DNA of 48,120 nt from Ferroacidibacillus organovorans (lineage in GTDB: Bacteria; Bacillota; Bacilli; Alicyclobacillales; SLC66), in NCBI RefSeq assembly GCF_001642725.1, contig NZ_LSUQ01000019.1, positions 1 through 48,120 of the forward strand. Reading direction: 5' to 3'. Both the position numbers and the translations under genes were made by a program. The notes under the pieces were generated by a model. It saw only the letters and a program-made list of their open reading frames with translations, did not search any database and was not told the origin of the DNA. Positions 9,391 through 19,493 of the stretch are shown here, piece by piece. How positions within the stretch are numbered: position 1 is the first letter of the stretch; the number at the start of each line of letters is the position of its first letter.

Positions 9391-10860
9391 CTACGGCAAG
9401 AGTGCAGGTTGAGCCATCGGTTGCAAAATCAATGTCGAAAACTGCGATGTGCCTGTGACAGGATTCGTTACAAATCGACGGTCGTACACCAAGACAAGAT
9501 TTCTCGATGGACTCGCATCGCGAGTATGGTTAATGGTAGTCCCCCCATCGTGAGAAAACACGCCATGACGCTGTTTAGCTCCAGCTTCTAGGATGACATT
9601 CTGCGCTTCAATGCCACCATAGAGAGAAAACTTGCCTGATGCATTGGTGATGGAAACTGTGGACGCGCTCGCGAAGAAGGCGTGAAGAATGATAGCCGAT
9701 TCATCGCCTTTACGTTTAACACGCGTTGGCGAGATTTTAATAGATCCGTTCGAAAAAAGTTCGAGACGTACAGTGTTGCCCTGATCATTACCACGTTGTG
9801 CGAGATTCGAAAAATCGCTACTGCCGTTTACAAAAATAGCGTCGTCTGCATTTAAGTTGCCTTGTACGATGAGTTTTCCAGTGACATAGATCGGTTTGCG
9901 AAAGGTTACCGTCGTCCCTTTGGAAATGATAAGGTTGCCTTGCACATACAAGGGCTGATCGATCGTAAACTTGCGAGAGCGTGTTTTCACTCCGTCGGAT
10001 GATACAATAAACCGATCACGCAATGAATTCGATACCTCGTGTGCGTGTCCCAGATAAAGTACATCAGCTTCCGAAGTAAGTTTGGCTGCTTCCTGTTGAA
10101 TGATAGATAAAACGGACGGTGGAGAAAAGGATGGAAATGAATTCACCTGCGTGACCCCTGCAAAATACTTTGGGAGGGTTGATACTGAAAGAGGAACCTC
10201 TATCGCTTCATTTAATAAATCCACTTGCTTGCCCACCGCGAGGGAGTACGGAGCAGCTAGGTACGGCAAAGCAGACGACATACTTTGCTTTAAATACAGT
10301 GTACCTCCCACTGCCACATTTCCTTCTAATTCCGGTCCCCCAGTGATGTTCAGGTTGCCTGGCGTATAGATTACATCATCGAGCGAAGGGAGCATTCCAG
10401 AAAAGGAAACCGTGCCTTGTAACGTATTTGACATATTGCCAGAATACCCTGTCACCTTAAGCTCCATCTGGTCAAAGATGACAGAAGATACGTTTGCTGA
10501 AAGTGAGCGTGGTCCATAGGCGATGGTTAGATGAAATTCACGTTGCTCCGTGTTGATCTGACTCGCCCAACTCATCCATGTCGACTCAACCGCCAGAAGG
10601 TTTGCGCGCGCGACAGATAGGGATGGAAAATTACCGTTTGTTGACACCGCATTCCACAATGTTTGCAATTCGTGATACGCTGATAGATATCCACTGCGCG
10701 CATTCGATAGCGCTTGTTCATGGTTCTTCAATTGATTTGAATACATCATCTGTTGAACTGTCAGACCGAAAAACGCGGTCAAGAGAACGGTTAACATGAC
10801 GATCGAAACGAGTACTGCCAAAAAGGTCGATCCTTCTTCGTGATACGTTGAACGATCCAT
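9391..10860 (-). CDS. Large PilX/GspK-like minor pilin, possible tip adhesin
   Basis: Prepilin-like EEG|STFLAVLVSIVML lacking E5; C-terminal repeated (P)IYVxGxL beta motifs; last gene of the T4P operon. Confidence 0.65.
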   Translation of the reverse strand: MDRSTYHEEGSTFLAVLVSIVMLTVLLTAFFGLTVQQMMYSNQLKNHEQALSNARSGYLSAYHELQTLWNAVSTNGNFPSLSVARANLLAVESTWMSWASQINTEQREFHLTIAYGPRSLSANVSSVIFDQMELKVTGYSGNMSNTLQGTVSFSGMLPSLDDVIYTPGNLNITGGPELEGNVAVGGTLYLKQSMSSALPYLAAPYSLAVGKQVDLLNEAIEVPLSVSTLPKYFAGVTQVNSFPSFSPPSVLSIIQQEAAKLTSEADVLYLGHAHEVSNSLRDRFIVSSDGVKTRSRKFTIDQPLYVQGNLIISKGTTVTFRKPIYVTGKLIVQGNLNADDAIFVNGSSDFSNLAQRGNDQGNTVRLELFSNGSIKISPTRVKRKGDESAIILHAFFASASTVSITNASGKFSLYGGIEAQNVILEAGAKQRHGVFSHDGGTTINHTRDASPSRNLVLVYDRRFVTNPVTGTSQFSTLILQPMAQPALLP

Positions 10861-11400
10861 CTAATACCCACCCCCTGCCACATATTGCACGTTTTGCATC
10901 ACATGAAACGCCTCTGAAGTGCCAATTGCCGTCGCATTCAGGTGAAAAACGACGATATTTTGTTGAACTGTCATCGATGAATTCCGAAAATTTACATACG
11001 GGGTATTCCACGTCACACGTTTGATTTGCACTCCAGATGAATTGAATGCGGTCTCTTGAAATGTGTTCTGTCCATCAGGCAATCGAATCAATTGAAGATC
11101 CACCGTGTCACCATAGACATCAGTGCCTATCAATACACCCGAAGCGTTCACATGTGCTGATCCGAAGGTCATGTTTTGAACGAATTGTTGCAGATCAGTC
11201 TCCACTAATTCCAGGCTTGTATAGACGTGTTGTCGAGATACGACTTCGTTGAAACTAGCGGTTTCAAATGAAAAAATATAGATGATAAAACCCAGAATCA
11301 CAGTCGAAATGACGAGTGCAGCAAGGAGTTCAAGCAGCGTCGTCCCACGCTCTAAACCGTCAAGAAGATGAAAATCGGCGATCTTCTGATGGTCGATCAT
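10861..11400 (-). CDS. Type IV minor pilin (PilW-like)
   Basis: ERG|TTLLELLAALVI N-methyl motif. Start moved to ATG 11400, which forms an ATGA overlap with the upstream stop. Confidence 0.8.
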   Translation of the reverse strand: MIDHQKIADFHLLDGLERGTTLLELLAALVISTVILGFIIYIFSFETASFNEVVSRQHVYTSLELVETDLQQFVQNMTFGSAHVNASGVLIGTDVYGDTVDLQLIRLPDGQNTFQETAFNSSGVQIKRVTWNTPYVNFRNSSMTVQQNIVVFHLNATAIGTSEAFHVMQNVQYVAGGGY

Positions 11401-11831
11401 CTTGTAAAAAGTTGTTTTAATGTTACCCTTTCTGTGACATCGGTTCCACGAAATGTTGTCACCCACGAGACGGTCACCTCCACATCTACTAATCCGTTTG
11501 CATAGCGAGGTTCTGTCGACGTAAGGTTTAACAGAGAAAGATGGTATGTCGTTCCGTCGTACATTAGCGTCTTTGGTTCAGTTGTATTCAGTGTAACAAG
11601 CGCTCCTTGTTGTGCCATAACGGTAAATTGTTGATTGGCGAGCATCGACGCCTGCTGTTCTTGCACAGACAAGTGTTCATAAAAAAGAAAAGAGGAAAGA
11701 ACCATGAGAAGCACCGTAGAAAAAATCGCAAGTACGACAACACTCGCCAATGTTTCCAGCAGCGTGAGTCCATCTTGACGCAATGGTACGCTCGCCGTTT
11801 TGCGACCACAAACATCTCGCTTAAGCTGCAT
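11397..11831 (-). CDS. Type IV minor pilin (PilV-like)
   Basis: QDG|LTLLETLASVVVLAIF and C-terminal VEVTVSW; start codon uncertain. Confidence 0.8.
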   Translation of the reverse strand: MQLKRDVCGRKTASVPLRQDGLTLLETLASVVVLAIFSTVLLMVLSSFLFYEHLSVQEQQASMLANQQFTVMAQQGALVTLNTTEPKTLMYDGTTYHLSLLNLTSTEPRYANGLVDVEVTVSWVTTFRGTDVTERVTLKQLFTR

Positions 11832-12366
11832 AGGGCACAACACACGTAAAATTCAATTGAGAAGCGCCGTTCGCTGAAAGGGATAGATTTACCGATGAAA
11901 TTCCGGTAATCCACGGTGCCATTTGCACGTCTTGAATAAACTGTAGAAGTTGTGAGCGCTGTCCTGCGAGAGATAATTGCATCGCGAGATCAGACACGGC
12001 AGCCGATGCTCCGGAAAACCCAGCGTTCGCTGATGAGATTGGTGCGCTCGATGTCGTAGAAAACGACACATTCAAGATATGCGCGTGGGTCTCTCCGGCA
12101 ATTTTGTGAAAAAGCTGCAGCCAGGTTGTCTGCGCATTTCCTGTTTCCAAACGTTTTTCGAGCCCGCCTGATTGACGATCCTGTTTCAGCAATTGGCTCT
12201 GCTGAGCGACTTGTACAGATAGAATCTCAACCTGACTCTGAAGGGCTGTAATCATCTGATCATTATGAGTTACGCGCATCTGTGTCAAGCTATAAATACC
12301 GAGTAAGAGTGCCATGATGATGAACACAAAAATAAGATTGCGCGTTGATCGATTACGTAGGATCAC
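11821..12366 (-). CDS. pilO: PilO-like alignment-complex protein
   Basis: True start is GTG 12366 (SD GGAGGTG inside the pilN end). TM plus coiled coil plus LSLAGQRSQLLQFIQDV; follows pilN. Confidence 0.7.
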   Translation of the reverse strand: MILRNRSTRNLIFVFIIMALLLGIYSLTQMRVTHNDQMITALQSQVEILSVQVAQQSQLLKQDRQSGGLEKRLETGNAQTTWLQLFHKIAGETHAHILNVSFSTTSSAPISSANAGFSGASAAVSDLAMQLSLAGQRSQLLQFIQDVQMAPWITGISSVNLSLSANGASQLNFTCVVPYAA

Positions 12367-12890
12367 AGAAGAACCGCACCTCCCTTGACTTGAACCGTCA
12401 TTGTGAATGAAAAACCGGAAGACTGAAGAGATGTTACCGATTGCGTAAACGTTGACTGAATCGAGCGCAGGGTATTGAGTTTTAATTCGAATTGGGCAAT
12501 TTCCAAAAGCGTTAATGCATTTCCTGAGATGATCAGCGTGTTCCCATTTAAGGACAGTGTGCTCAAACTTGTCCCCGCCGGAAGGATACTCATTACTTCC
12601 GAGATGAGCCTCTGAACCATCCACTGTGAACCAACAGACTGAGCCAATTGAGAATTTGCGACATACATTTGCAGTTTTCCGTTTAAAGCATTTTGCTCTT
12701 GAAGAAGAGCGGATTGCTGAAAACGAATGGATTTCAGCGTTTGTTGCTCTGTGGTTAGTTGTGATTGATCGATTACGGTCACCGCTGCGGCGATTGCCGA
12801 AACACCTAGCAATAGGGTAATTAGCACACTGTTCACAAGGTATCGCGAACGCTCCCACATTGTTCGCCGCGGGAGAAGGTTGATATTCAA
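12363..12890 (-). CDS. pilN: PilN-like protein
   Basis: N-terminal INLLP PilM-binding motif, TM and coiled coil. Confidence 0.85.
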   Translation of the reverse strand: MNINLLPRRTMWERSRYLVNSVLITLLLGVSAIAAAVTVIDQSQLTTEQQTLKSIRFQQSALLQEQNALNGKLQMYVANSQLAQSVGSQWMVQRLISEVMSILPAGTSLSTLSLNGNTLIISGNALTLLEIAQFELKLNTLRSIQSTFTQSVTSLQSSGFSFTMTVQVKGGAVLL

Positions 12891-13834
12891 CGCACGCCCT
12901 CCTTGATTGCGAGGCCAAGCGAAACAAACTCTGACACCGGTGTTTGATTCATGATTTGTCGAAAATCATTCGACGATTCGCTTTTCCTGTACGCTGATAA
13001 ATCGTAAAACGTCGATTCGCCACGGTTCGTCAGTATTTGTTTGAACAGATCGTGCACGTGGAGCTGAGAATAGAAAAGATATACATTTTTTTGTAAAAAT
13101 AAACCGGGAAACGACATTTGGAAAAAATTTAAAATACGCTCAATCTCAGAAGTGAGCATTTGTGCAAATTGAGTGGAAGAGAAATCTGTTTGCACGTCAC
13201 TTACAAGTTCTAAATTTCGATAAAAGTAGAGAAATCCCTGTCGAAAAATGCTGATCGATAAATCTTCTTTTTCGACGTGAATCAACGTATAAAAACATGG
13301 TTCAACACAGGTTTTTGAGATTAAGCGATACAGAGCGAGAGGCGGAATATCAACCGCAATCGGCTGCAACTGTGCGCGTTTTGCCAATTCGACCGCCCGG
13401 TTGACGTGTTCGCGTGGCGCAGCGATCAAACTGATTGCCGTCAACTTCGGATCGATCTCCGTGAGTGGAGGAACTACAACCGCGTCAAACAGGGCATCCT
13501 CAAACGGCAGATGAATCGAAAGACCCAACTCATTTTGGATCATCGATTTGAGGTACTGATCAGGAACGGTGGGAACCGTCACATAGCGTACGATAAACTG
13601 GTGATTTGCAAGACCAATTACCGTTTTTACGCCCTGAAAACCGTTCCCCTTCATCACCTTACCCAAATCTCGGGTCTGTGTTGAATCTCCCGATGTCTCA
13701 TCGATGTCTTCGCTATTTCTTTGTTCGTTACTTCCTAGCCGCGTTACATTGCTTCGCGTGTGCCTAATGGCTGTCCACCGAAAGCTACGCGCTTCAAGGT
13801 ACAAACCTACTCGCGTCCTTGCCATGGTGCACAT
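12887..13834 (-). CDS. pilM: PilM-like actin-fold protein (divergent)
   Basis: VRYVTVP, HLPF, AVDIPPLAL, EIERILNFF and SLGLAIK motifs; precedes pilN. Confidence 0.8.
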   Translation of the reverse strand: MCTMARTRVGLYLEARSFRWTAIRHTRSNVTRLGSNEQRNSEDIDETSGDSTQTRDLGKVMKGNGFQGVKTVIGLANHQFIVRYVTVPTVPDQYLKSMIQNELGLSIHLPFEDALFDAVVVPPLTEIDPKLTAISLIAAPREHVNRAVELAKRAQLQPIAVDIPPLALYRLISKTCVEPCFYTLIHVEKEDLSISIFRQGFLYFYRNLELVSDVQTDFSSTQFAQMLTSEIERILNFFQMSFPGLFLQKNVYLFYSQLHVHDLFKQILTNRGESTFYDLSAYRKSESSNDFRQIMNQTPVSEFVSLGLAIKEGVR

Positions 13835-13862
13835 CCCATTTCTATGATCGATAAAATCCTTT

Positions 13863-13881
13863 AGGGCAGAAATACTGCCCT
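13863..13881 (-). other. Stem-loop just after the major pilin gene (mRNA-stabilising or attenuating)
   Basis: AGGGCAG-TATTT-CTGCCCT with no U-tract. Confidence 0.5.
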
Positions 13882-13887
13882 GTGCGA

Positions 13888-14514
13888 TTAATTCGCTCCA
13901 CTTCCAGCATCGGACACATTGGATATTGAAAGTGAACTTGCCGTTGTACCTAGTAGCGTGCCAGACGTCGTTGTACCTGAGTTTGCGCTCGTCGACGCTA
14001 CCGTTTGCGGTACTGAATTCTTATTTGTAACGTACAAGGCTGGATCTCCGGTAGCGAGCGTCGTCGACGGAGTCCCGATAATCGTTACGGTTCCAGACAC
14101 GGCTGCCTGCGTCGCCAACACGAACGAGTGACCGTGCGTTGAGTAGCCGTAGAAGAAATCATCGCTCCACGCGTCTTGAGGCAGTGACTGCATATAGGGG
14201 CCCCCAAACGTAGTCGACGACCCTGACGCTATGGTACCGGACGTGAGAAGCGACGCCAACGTGGCTGTGCCAGATGGCATTGGATAAACGCCGTCATTGT
14301 ACGCGGCATAGCGATCGAGCGCTTCTGTAATGATGGCCATGTCCTGTTTTGTTGTGTTCACTTTCGCCTGAACGATCGAATTTAGGACGACCGGAATCGC
14401 AATCGCCGCAATGATCGCGAGAATAACAACAACCGCCAACAATTCAATAAGGGTGACACCCTTTTCTCCTGCGGATGATGCGAATTTCCGAAACTTCCTA
14501 TGAAGAGATTTCAT
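13888..14514 (-). CDS. Probable major type IV pilin with a GspG-like head motif
   Basis: EKG|VTLIELLAVVVILAIIAAIAIP and GPYMQSLPQDAWSDDFFY; Ser/Thr-rich C-terminus; ATG 14514 with SD AAAGGAAGG. Confidence 0.85.
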   Translation of the reverse strand: MKSLHRKFRKFASSAGEKGVTLIELLAVVVILAIIAAIAIPVVLNSIVQAKVNTTKQDMAIITEALDRYAAYNDGVYPMPSGTATLASLLTSGTIASGSSTTFGGPYMQSLPQDAWSDDFFYGYSTHGHSFVLATQAAVSGTVTIIGTPSTTLATGDPALYVTNKNSVPQTVASTSANSGTTTSGTLLGTTASSLSISNVSDAGSGAN

Positions 14515-14609
14515 GAATGACCTTCCTTTCAAATGGGGTGTATCAACTGAATCAAATGAATTCCACTATGACGCGTGTGCCACGCATCCCCCCCCTCAAG
14601 ATCAATTTT

Positions 14610-15854
14610 TTATTGAAGCGTACCCACCTGCTGATAAATGGAAAACATCGGGAGAATGACAGACGTTACGATTGTTCCAACGATCACGGCGAGAAAGAGC
14701 ACCGTGAGAGGCTCAATGAACGCCTTCAATCGATCAACCATTGCTTCCGTCTCTGCCTCGTAAAAGTCAGCCACCTTCGAGAGCATCGATTCCAAATTCC
14801 CAGTCTCTTCCCCTACGCGAACCATGTGAATGAACATCGGTGGAAACAAACGATTTTCTGCGAGCGGCTCAGATAACGCTTGCCCGCGCGCCAGACTGTC
14901 TGAACTGTTTTTCAGTGCTCGCGCAATCACTTCATTATCTAGAATATCGGACGTAAGTTGAATGCTTTGCAGCACAGGCACTGCGCTCGAAAAAAGTGTA
15001 CTCAGCGTACGCCCTATCTTTGCCAACGACGATTTCACCAGAAGATCGCCAAACACTGGAACGCGAAACAAAACAGAGTCTCTCACATAGCGCCCGCGCG
15101 GTTTGCGCATCGCTCTCCGATAGAAGAAGATTACGATCGCCAGCAAAAACAGCAGTAGATACCCGTCACCCCTTAAAAACAGAGAGACATTCAAAACGAT
15201 TCGTGTCGCAAGCGGCAACTTCATATGATAGTTTTGAAACAGACCGACAAATGTTGGAATCATTCCTACAAGCAAAAAAATGGACACGCCAATTGAAACG
15301 ATGCCAACGAGAATGGGATACGTCATGGCCGATTTCATTTTTTCCGAAGTATAGTGTTCCTTTTCAAAAAAAACAGCCAATCGCTCCAAAACAATGTCAA
15401 GTGTACCAGATATCTCGCCTGCGCGGATCATATTAATAAATAGGGGAGAGAAAATGTCTCGGTGTTCGGATGCCGCTTGAGAAAGTTGATTTCCTTTTTG
15501 AATTTCAAGCGTCATCGCTTGAAGAGTCTTTGCAAACGTGCGATTTGATGTCTGCTCAGAAAGAATACGAATCGACTCAGAAAGAATAACACCTGCGCGG
15601 GTGAGCGCAGAGAGTTGCCGAACAAATACGGCCATCTCTCCACTTTTCACCTTTTTTCCAATTCGAATTTCCGCTTTGAGCGCCCATGTTAGGAGAGAGG
15701 ACGCAGCGCCGAATCGCTGTGCACGCTCGTGAATGCGCAGAACGATGAGCCCGCGCTCCCGCAACATGCGCACTGCCTCACTCTGATTGGAAGCCGTTAC
15801 ACGCCCCTTCTGAACGTTACCATCTGGCGCCATCACCTGATACGCATACTCCAT
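14610..15854 (-). CDS. pilC: Type IV pilus platform protein PilC (GspF family)
   Basis: Two T2SSF domains (AGEISGTLD, VGEETGNLE), MTYP and EP...LPMF. Confidence 0.95.
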   Translation of the reverse strand: MEYAYQVMAPDGNVQKGRVTASNQSEAVRMLRERGLIVLRIHERAQRFGAASSLLTWALKAEIRIGKKVKSGEMAVFVRQLSALTRAGVILSESIRILSEQTSNRTFAKTLQAMTLEIQKGNQLSQAASEHRDIFSPLFINMIRAGEISGTLDIVLERLAVFFEKEHYTSEKMKSAMTYPILVGIVSIGVSIFLLVGMIPTFVGLFQNYHMKLPLATRIVLNVSLFLRGDGYLLLFLLAIVIFFYRRAMRKPRGRYVRDSVLFRVPVFGDLLVKSSLAKIGRTLSTLFSSAVPVLQSIQLTSDILDNEVIARALKNSSDSLARGQALSEPLAENRLFPPMFIHMVRVGEETGNLESMLSKVADFYEAETEAMVDRLKAFIEPLTVLFLAVIVGTIVTSVILPMFSIYQQVGTLQ

Positions 15855-15869
15855 GCAATTCCCCCCCTC

Positions 15870-16895
15870 TCACATCGCGCTAACTAGCGCGAGCGCGTCC
15901 GCGTGAATTCGGCCTTCACCAATCAGTTCTCTCACATGCATCTCCATCGTTTGCATGCCGTGCGCCCGTCCCATCTGCATCGACGACCGAATCTGATGCG
16001 TCTTCTCCGTTCGAATCAAATTCGCAATCGCAGGCGTATTCATCAAAATCTCAAGCGCAGCGGTCCGGCCATTCCCTTGAAGTGTCGGAAATAGACGCTG
16101 AGAGATTACCCCGAGCAAAACGGACGACAACTGAGCGCGCACCTGCGCCTGCTGACTCGCCGTAAACGAATCGATAATTCGATCCATCGTCTGCACCGCG
16201 TCACTCGTGTGAAGGGTCGCCAATACGAGATGCCCCGTCTCCGAGGCAGTAATCGCGGTGCGGATCGTCTCTAGATCGCGCATCTCTCCGACCAAAATCA
16301 CATCAGGGTCTTGCCTGAGCGCCGCGCGCAGTCCACTTGAAAAATCTCTGCTATCCGAGCCAATCTCTCGCTGATCAATGATCGACTGGTTGTGCCGGTG
16401 GAGGTATTCAATCGGATCCTCCAGAGTAATCACGTGTTTGCGCTGCGTTTTATTAATATAATCAATCATTGCCGCAAGGGTTGTCGACTTTCCACTTCCC
16501 GTAGGCCCAGTCACCAGTACAAGACCGTGATGCCTTGTCGTGAATGATTTCAACACGGCAGGCAACCGCAGGTCGTCGAGCGTCGGAACGAACGCCGGGA
16601 TGATCCTCGCCGCGAGGCTAATGCAATTACGCTGGCGGTACACGTTTACCCGAAAACGCGAAACATTCGTTAAACTGTATGAAAAATCAAGATCCCCTCG
16701 CTCAATAAACAATTTCCATTGATCCTCAGTTAAAAGATCCCTCGCCATCGCATCTGTATCTTCCGGACGCAGTTTCTCACCTTGCGTTACCAATTCACCG
16801 TGGATGCGAAAAACGGGAGCCGCATTTACAGATATGTGAACATCTGACGCAGAGCGGGCATGCGCTTCACAAAAAATATCTTCAATCTCTCTCAT
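15870..16895 (-). CDS. pilT: Retraction ATPase PilT
   Basis: [29 protein letters not shown] and AIANLIR (AIRNLIRE-like). Confidence 0.95.
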   Translation of the reverse strand: MREIEDIFCEAHARSASDVHISVNAAPVFRIHGELVTQGEKLRPEDTDAMARDLLTEDQWKLFIERGDLDFSYSLTNVSRFRVNVYRQRNCISLAARIIPAFVPTLDDLRLPAVLKSFTTRHHGLVLVTGPTGSGKSTTLAAMIDYINKTQRKHVITLEDPIEYLHRHNQSIIDQREIGSDSRDFSSGLRAALRQDPDVILVGEMRDLETIRTAITASETGHLVLATLHTSDAVQTMDRIIDSFTASQQAQVRAQLSSVLLGVISQRLFPTLQGNGRTAALEILMNTPAIANLIRTEKTHQIRSSMQMGRAHGMQTMEMHVRELIGEGRIHADALALVSAM

Positions 16896-18583
16896 TGCTC
16901 TCTCCCTTGCGCACCATCCAATTCATCTCTCATACACACACGAAGAACCTCGGCAAGCGTGGTCATCCCTTGCATCACCTTGTCGAGTCCATCTTGGAGG
17001 ATCGTCAAATTCCCGATTGCACTGAGCTGTTTTCGATAAACCGCGTCGCTTTGTCGTTTTAAAATCAATTCACGCAGACTGTCATCAAGACGTACGACCT
17101 CGTGCAGCGCAATTCTGCCGCGATACCCCGTCATGTGACAATTTCCACATCCACTGCCTTTAAGCAGGTGAGTAGGATGATACCCTCGCTCATTCAACCA
17201 TGTCGCTTCTGATCGGTTCAACGGCTCTTCTGTCTTACACGTCTCGCATATTTTTCTCACAAGTCGTTGACTGACAAGACCAACAATCGAAGAAGCGACG
17301 AGAAACGGCTCAATGCCCATATCAATCAGCCTTGTCACACTACTCACCGCATCGTTTGTGTGCAGTGTGCTAAACACGAGATGTCCAGTAAGTGCCGCGC
17401 GCACGGCTACCTCTGCCGTCTCGCGATCACGGATTTCTCCTACCATGATCACGTCCGGATCCTGGCGCAAAATCGCGCGAAGTCCACGCGCAAACGTCAT
17501 GCCAATGCCAGATTGGACCTGAACCTGATTGATTTCAGGCAACGAATACTCCACAGGATCTTCGATCGTGACGATGTTTTTGTCAGGCCCCGCAAGCGAC
17601 TGAAGCGCAGCGTAGAGGGTTGATGTCTTCCCGCTGCCAGTTGGCCCCGTCAACAGTACAATACCGTTTGGCAAACTGATCAGATCTTTAAAGCGCGCGG
17701 CATTCTGCTCAGACATGCCAAGCAACGAAAGACTTAAAACAGCGTTGCGCGCATCAAGAAGCCGCAGGACACACTTCTCTCCGTGCAGCGTCGCCATCGT
17801 CGACACTCGAACATCGATGCTTCCCACGTCGAGTTCCACCTGCATTCGTCCGTCTTGCGGCAATCGTCGCTCTGCGATGTTCAGCCCAGCCATGATTTTG
17901 ATACGCGCCGCAATCATCGGGTGCATCGAGCGCGGCAGGGACTGCTCCGTCCGCAGAATTCCATCGATTCGATAGCGAATCAAAACGCTACTCTCACGCG
18001 GATCAATGTGGATATCGCTCGCACGCTGAGTCACCGCGTGTGAGATAAACTGGCTGACCAGACGAACAATCGGAGAATCGCTCGCGGTGACCGCATCGAC
18101 AAGCGTCTCTTCTTTAGGCGCTGCCGCGAGCAACTCATCAACTGACTCCTGAAGGCCGTAATACCGATCAATAAACATCTCAATCTCGGACTTCGACGCA
18201 ATCACAGGGTCAATCGAGAAGCCCGTACTGATCCGCAATTCTTCTAGCGCATAGAAATCGAGCGGATCGTTCATCGCCACCGTCAGGCGATTTTTCGTGC
18301 GGCGAAAGGCAAACGCAAGAAAGCGACGCGCTAAACCTTCCGCAACGAGATGAACAATGGACGAATCGATCTCCACGCGATACAAGAGCACATGCGGGAT
18401 CCCCAATTGAAATTCGAGCACTTCGATCAATTGCGTCTCCGTCAAATAACCCTTTTTAATGATCAGATCGCCAAACCGTTCTTTAGTCGTTTTTTGAAGC
18501 AAAAGGATTTCATCCACTTGCGCTTGAGACAGGTGCTTCGCCTCAACAAGAATGTCACCGAGACGCTTCTTCTCTTCGCTCAT
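16892..18583 (-). CDS. pilB: Extension ATPase PilB (GspE/PulE family) with an N-terminal MshEN domain
   Basis: [23 protein letters not shown], two CxxC motifs and tandem RLG/RFG motifs at the N-terminus. Confidence 0.95.
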   Translation of the reverse strand: MSEEKKRLGDILVEAKHLSQAQVDEILLLQKTTKERFGDLIIKKGYLTETQLIEVLEFQLGIPHVLLYRVEIDSSIVHLVAEGLARRFLAFAFRRTKNRLTVAMNDPLDFYALEELRISTGFSIDPVIASKSEIEMFIDRYYGLQESVDELLAAAPKEETLVDAVTASDSPIVRLVSQFISHAVTQRASDIHIDPRESSVLIRYRIDGILRTEQSLPRSMHPMIAARIKIMAGLNIAERRLPQDGRMQVELDVGSIDVRVSTMATLHGEKCVLRLLDARNAVLSLSLLGMSEQNAARFKDLISLPNGIVLLTGPTGSGKTSTLYAALQSLAGPDKNIVTIEDPVEYSLPEINQVQVQSGIGMTFARGLRAILRQDPDVIMVGEIRDRETAEVAVRAALTGHLVFSTLHTNDAVSSVTRLIDMGIEPFLVASSIVGLVSQRLVRKICETCKTEEPLNRSEATWLNERGYHPTHLLKGSGCGNCHMTGYRGRIALHEVVRLDDSLRELILKRQSDAVYRKQLSAIGNLTILQDGLDKVMQGMTTLAEVLRVCMRDELDGAQGREQ

Positions 18584-18614
18584 CCCAACCCCCCATTTGA
18601 TCCGTTTTGCCCAT

Positions 18615-19406
18615 TCACTGTGGAGATACGTGAAGTAAATGCAAATACCAATCGATTACGGGACTCCCAACCAGCGATGTCAAAAAGACTCCCCCCGCGA
18701 TAAACGGTACAAACGGTATCGCTTGACGCGGTTTTAGCCTCCCGCTAAAACGCAGCGAATAGCCGATCAAAGTCCCAAGCATGGACGCCGCAATTAAAGA
18801 AAAAAGCGTGCCGTAAGGCCCCAAAACAATGCCAATACTCAAATACAGCTTGGCATCGCCCAATCCCATCTTTCCTTTTGATAGGAGATGAATTCCGGTG
18901 ATGAGAAGAAAACCCACGGCCATTCCTAATAGCGCATCAGAGATTGACCTTGGGTGTAACACCACACAGATCAATAAAAAGAGCGCGGCAGAAGGATAAC
19001 TGATCACATTCGGTACAATCATCGCTTCCAGATCTGTCGAGGAAGTCACAAGCAAGAGGCCCCAAAAGAGCCACCACTCGCTGCGCAGCGTCCACGTTGG
19101 CTCATGCCATAAGGTGTATAACGCGAGAACACCTGCGAGCGTTTCAAAAACAACATGCTTCGCGGAAACTCGTCCACCACAAGTGCGACACGTCCCACGC
19201 AGGAATCCATAAGAGAGAATAGGTATTAATTCATAAAACATAAGCGGTCGCTTGCACAGATCACAGTGCGATCCCGGAAAAATGATCGACTCACCACGTG
19301 GAATACGCATACCGACCACATTTAAAAAGGAGCCAAAAAAAGCTCCCGCAACAAATACATAAATCGAAAGAAAAACCGCGAAGAGGGGTGAATCGGCAAA
19401 TGCCAT
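18615..19406 (-). CDS. pilD: Bifunctional prepilin peptidase/N-methyltransferase (PilD/ComC)
   Basis: GSFLNVV, CDLC and CRTC zinc motifs, STDLE and MGLGDAKL aspartates, IPFVPFI. Confidence 0.93.
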   Translation of the reverse strand: MAFADSPLFAVFLSIYVFVAGAFFGSFLNVVGMRIPRGESIIFPGSHCDLCKRPLMFYELIPILSYGFLRGTCRTCGGRVSAKHVVFETLAGVLALYTLWHEPTWTLRSEWWLFWGLLLVTSSTDLEAMIVPNVISYPSAALFLLICVVLHPRSISDALLGMAVGFLLITGIHLLSKGKMGLGDAKLYLSIGIVLGPYGTLFSLIAASMLGTLIGYSLRFSGRLKPRQAIPFVPFIAGGVFLTSLVGSPVIDWYLHLLHVSPQ

Positions 19407-19466
19407 GAGCGTCCCTGCATTCTCAACGTTATAAAATGCGCAAATCCTTTATCTACGCTTATGACT

Positions 19467-19493
19467 GTTCGACAAGAAACCCAAAATTCCTTC
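19467..19493 (-). promoter_or_regulatory. Candidate sigma-H-type promoter for the type IV pilus operon
   Basis: GAAGGAATT-N11-GTCGAAC against consensus RnAGGAwWW-N11/12-RnnGAAT (one mismatch); directly after the murC terminator. Confidence 0.5.

Noticed and set aside
12367..12927. N-terminal half of the 368-aa ORF 11821..12927
   Set aside because: It is an alternative frame over pilN. The real pilO start is GTG 12366 with a strong SD, so this is not a fusion or frameshift.
13860..13887. CGCACAGGGCA after the pilin gene, resembling the start of a c-di-GMP-I riboswitch
   Set aside because: It lacks the following AACC, GNRA loop and GACGCAAAG elements, and folds as a simple hairpin.
14565..14582. 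TGGCAC (sigma-54 -24 element) upstream of the pilin gene
   Set aside because: No TTGC -12 element at the required spacing.
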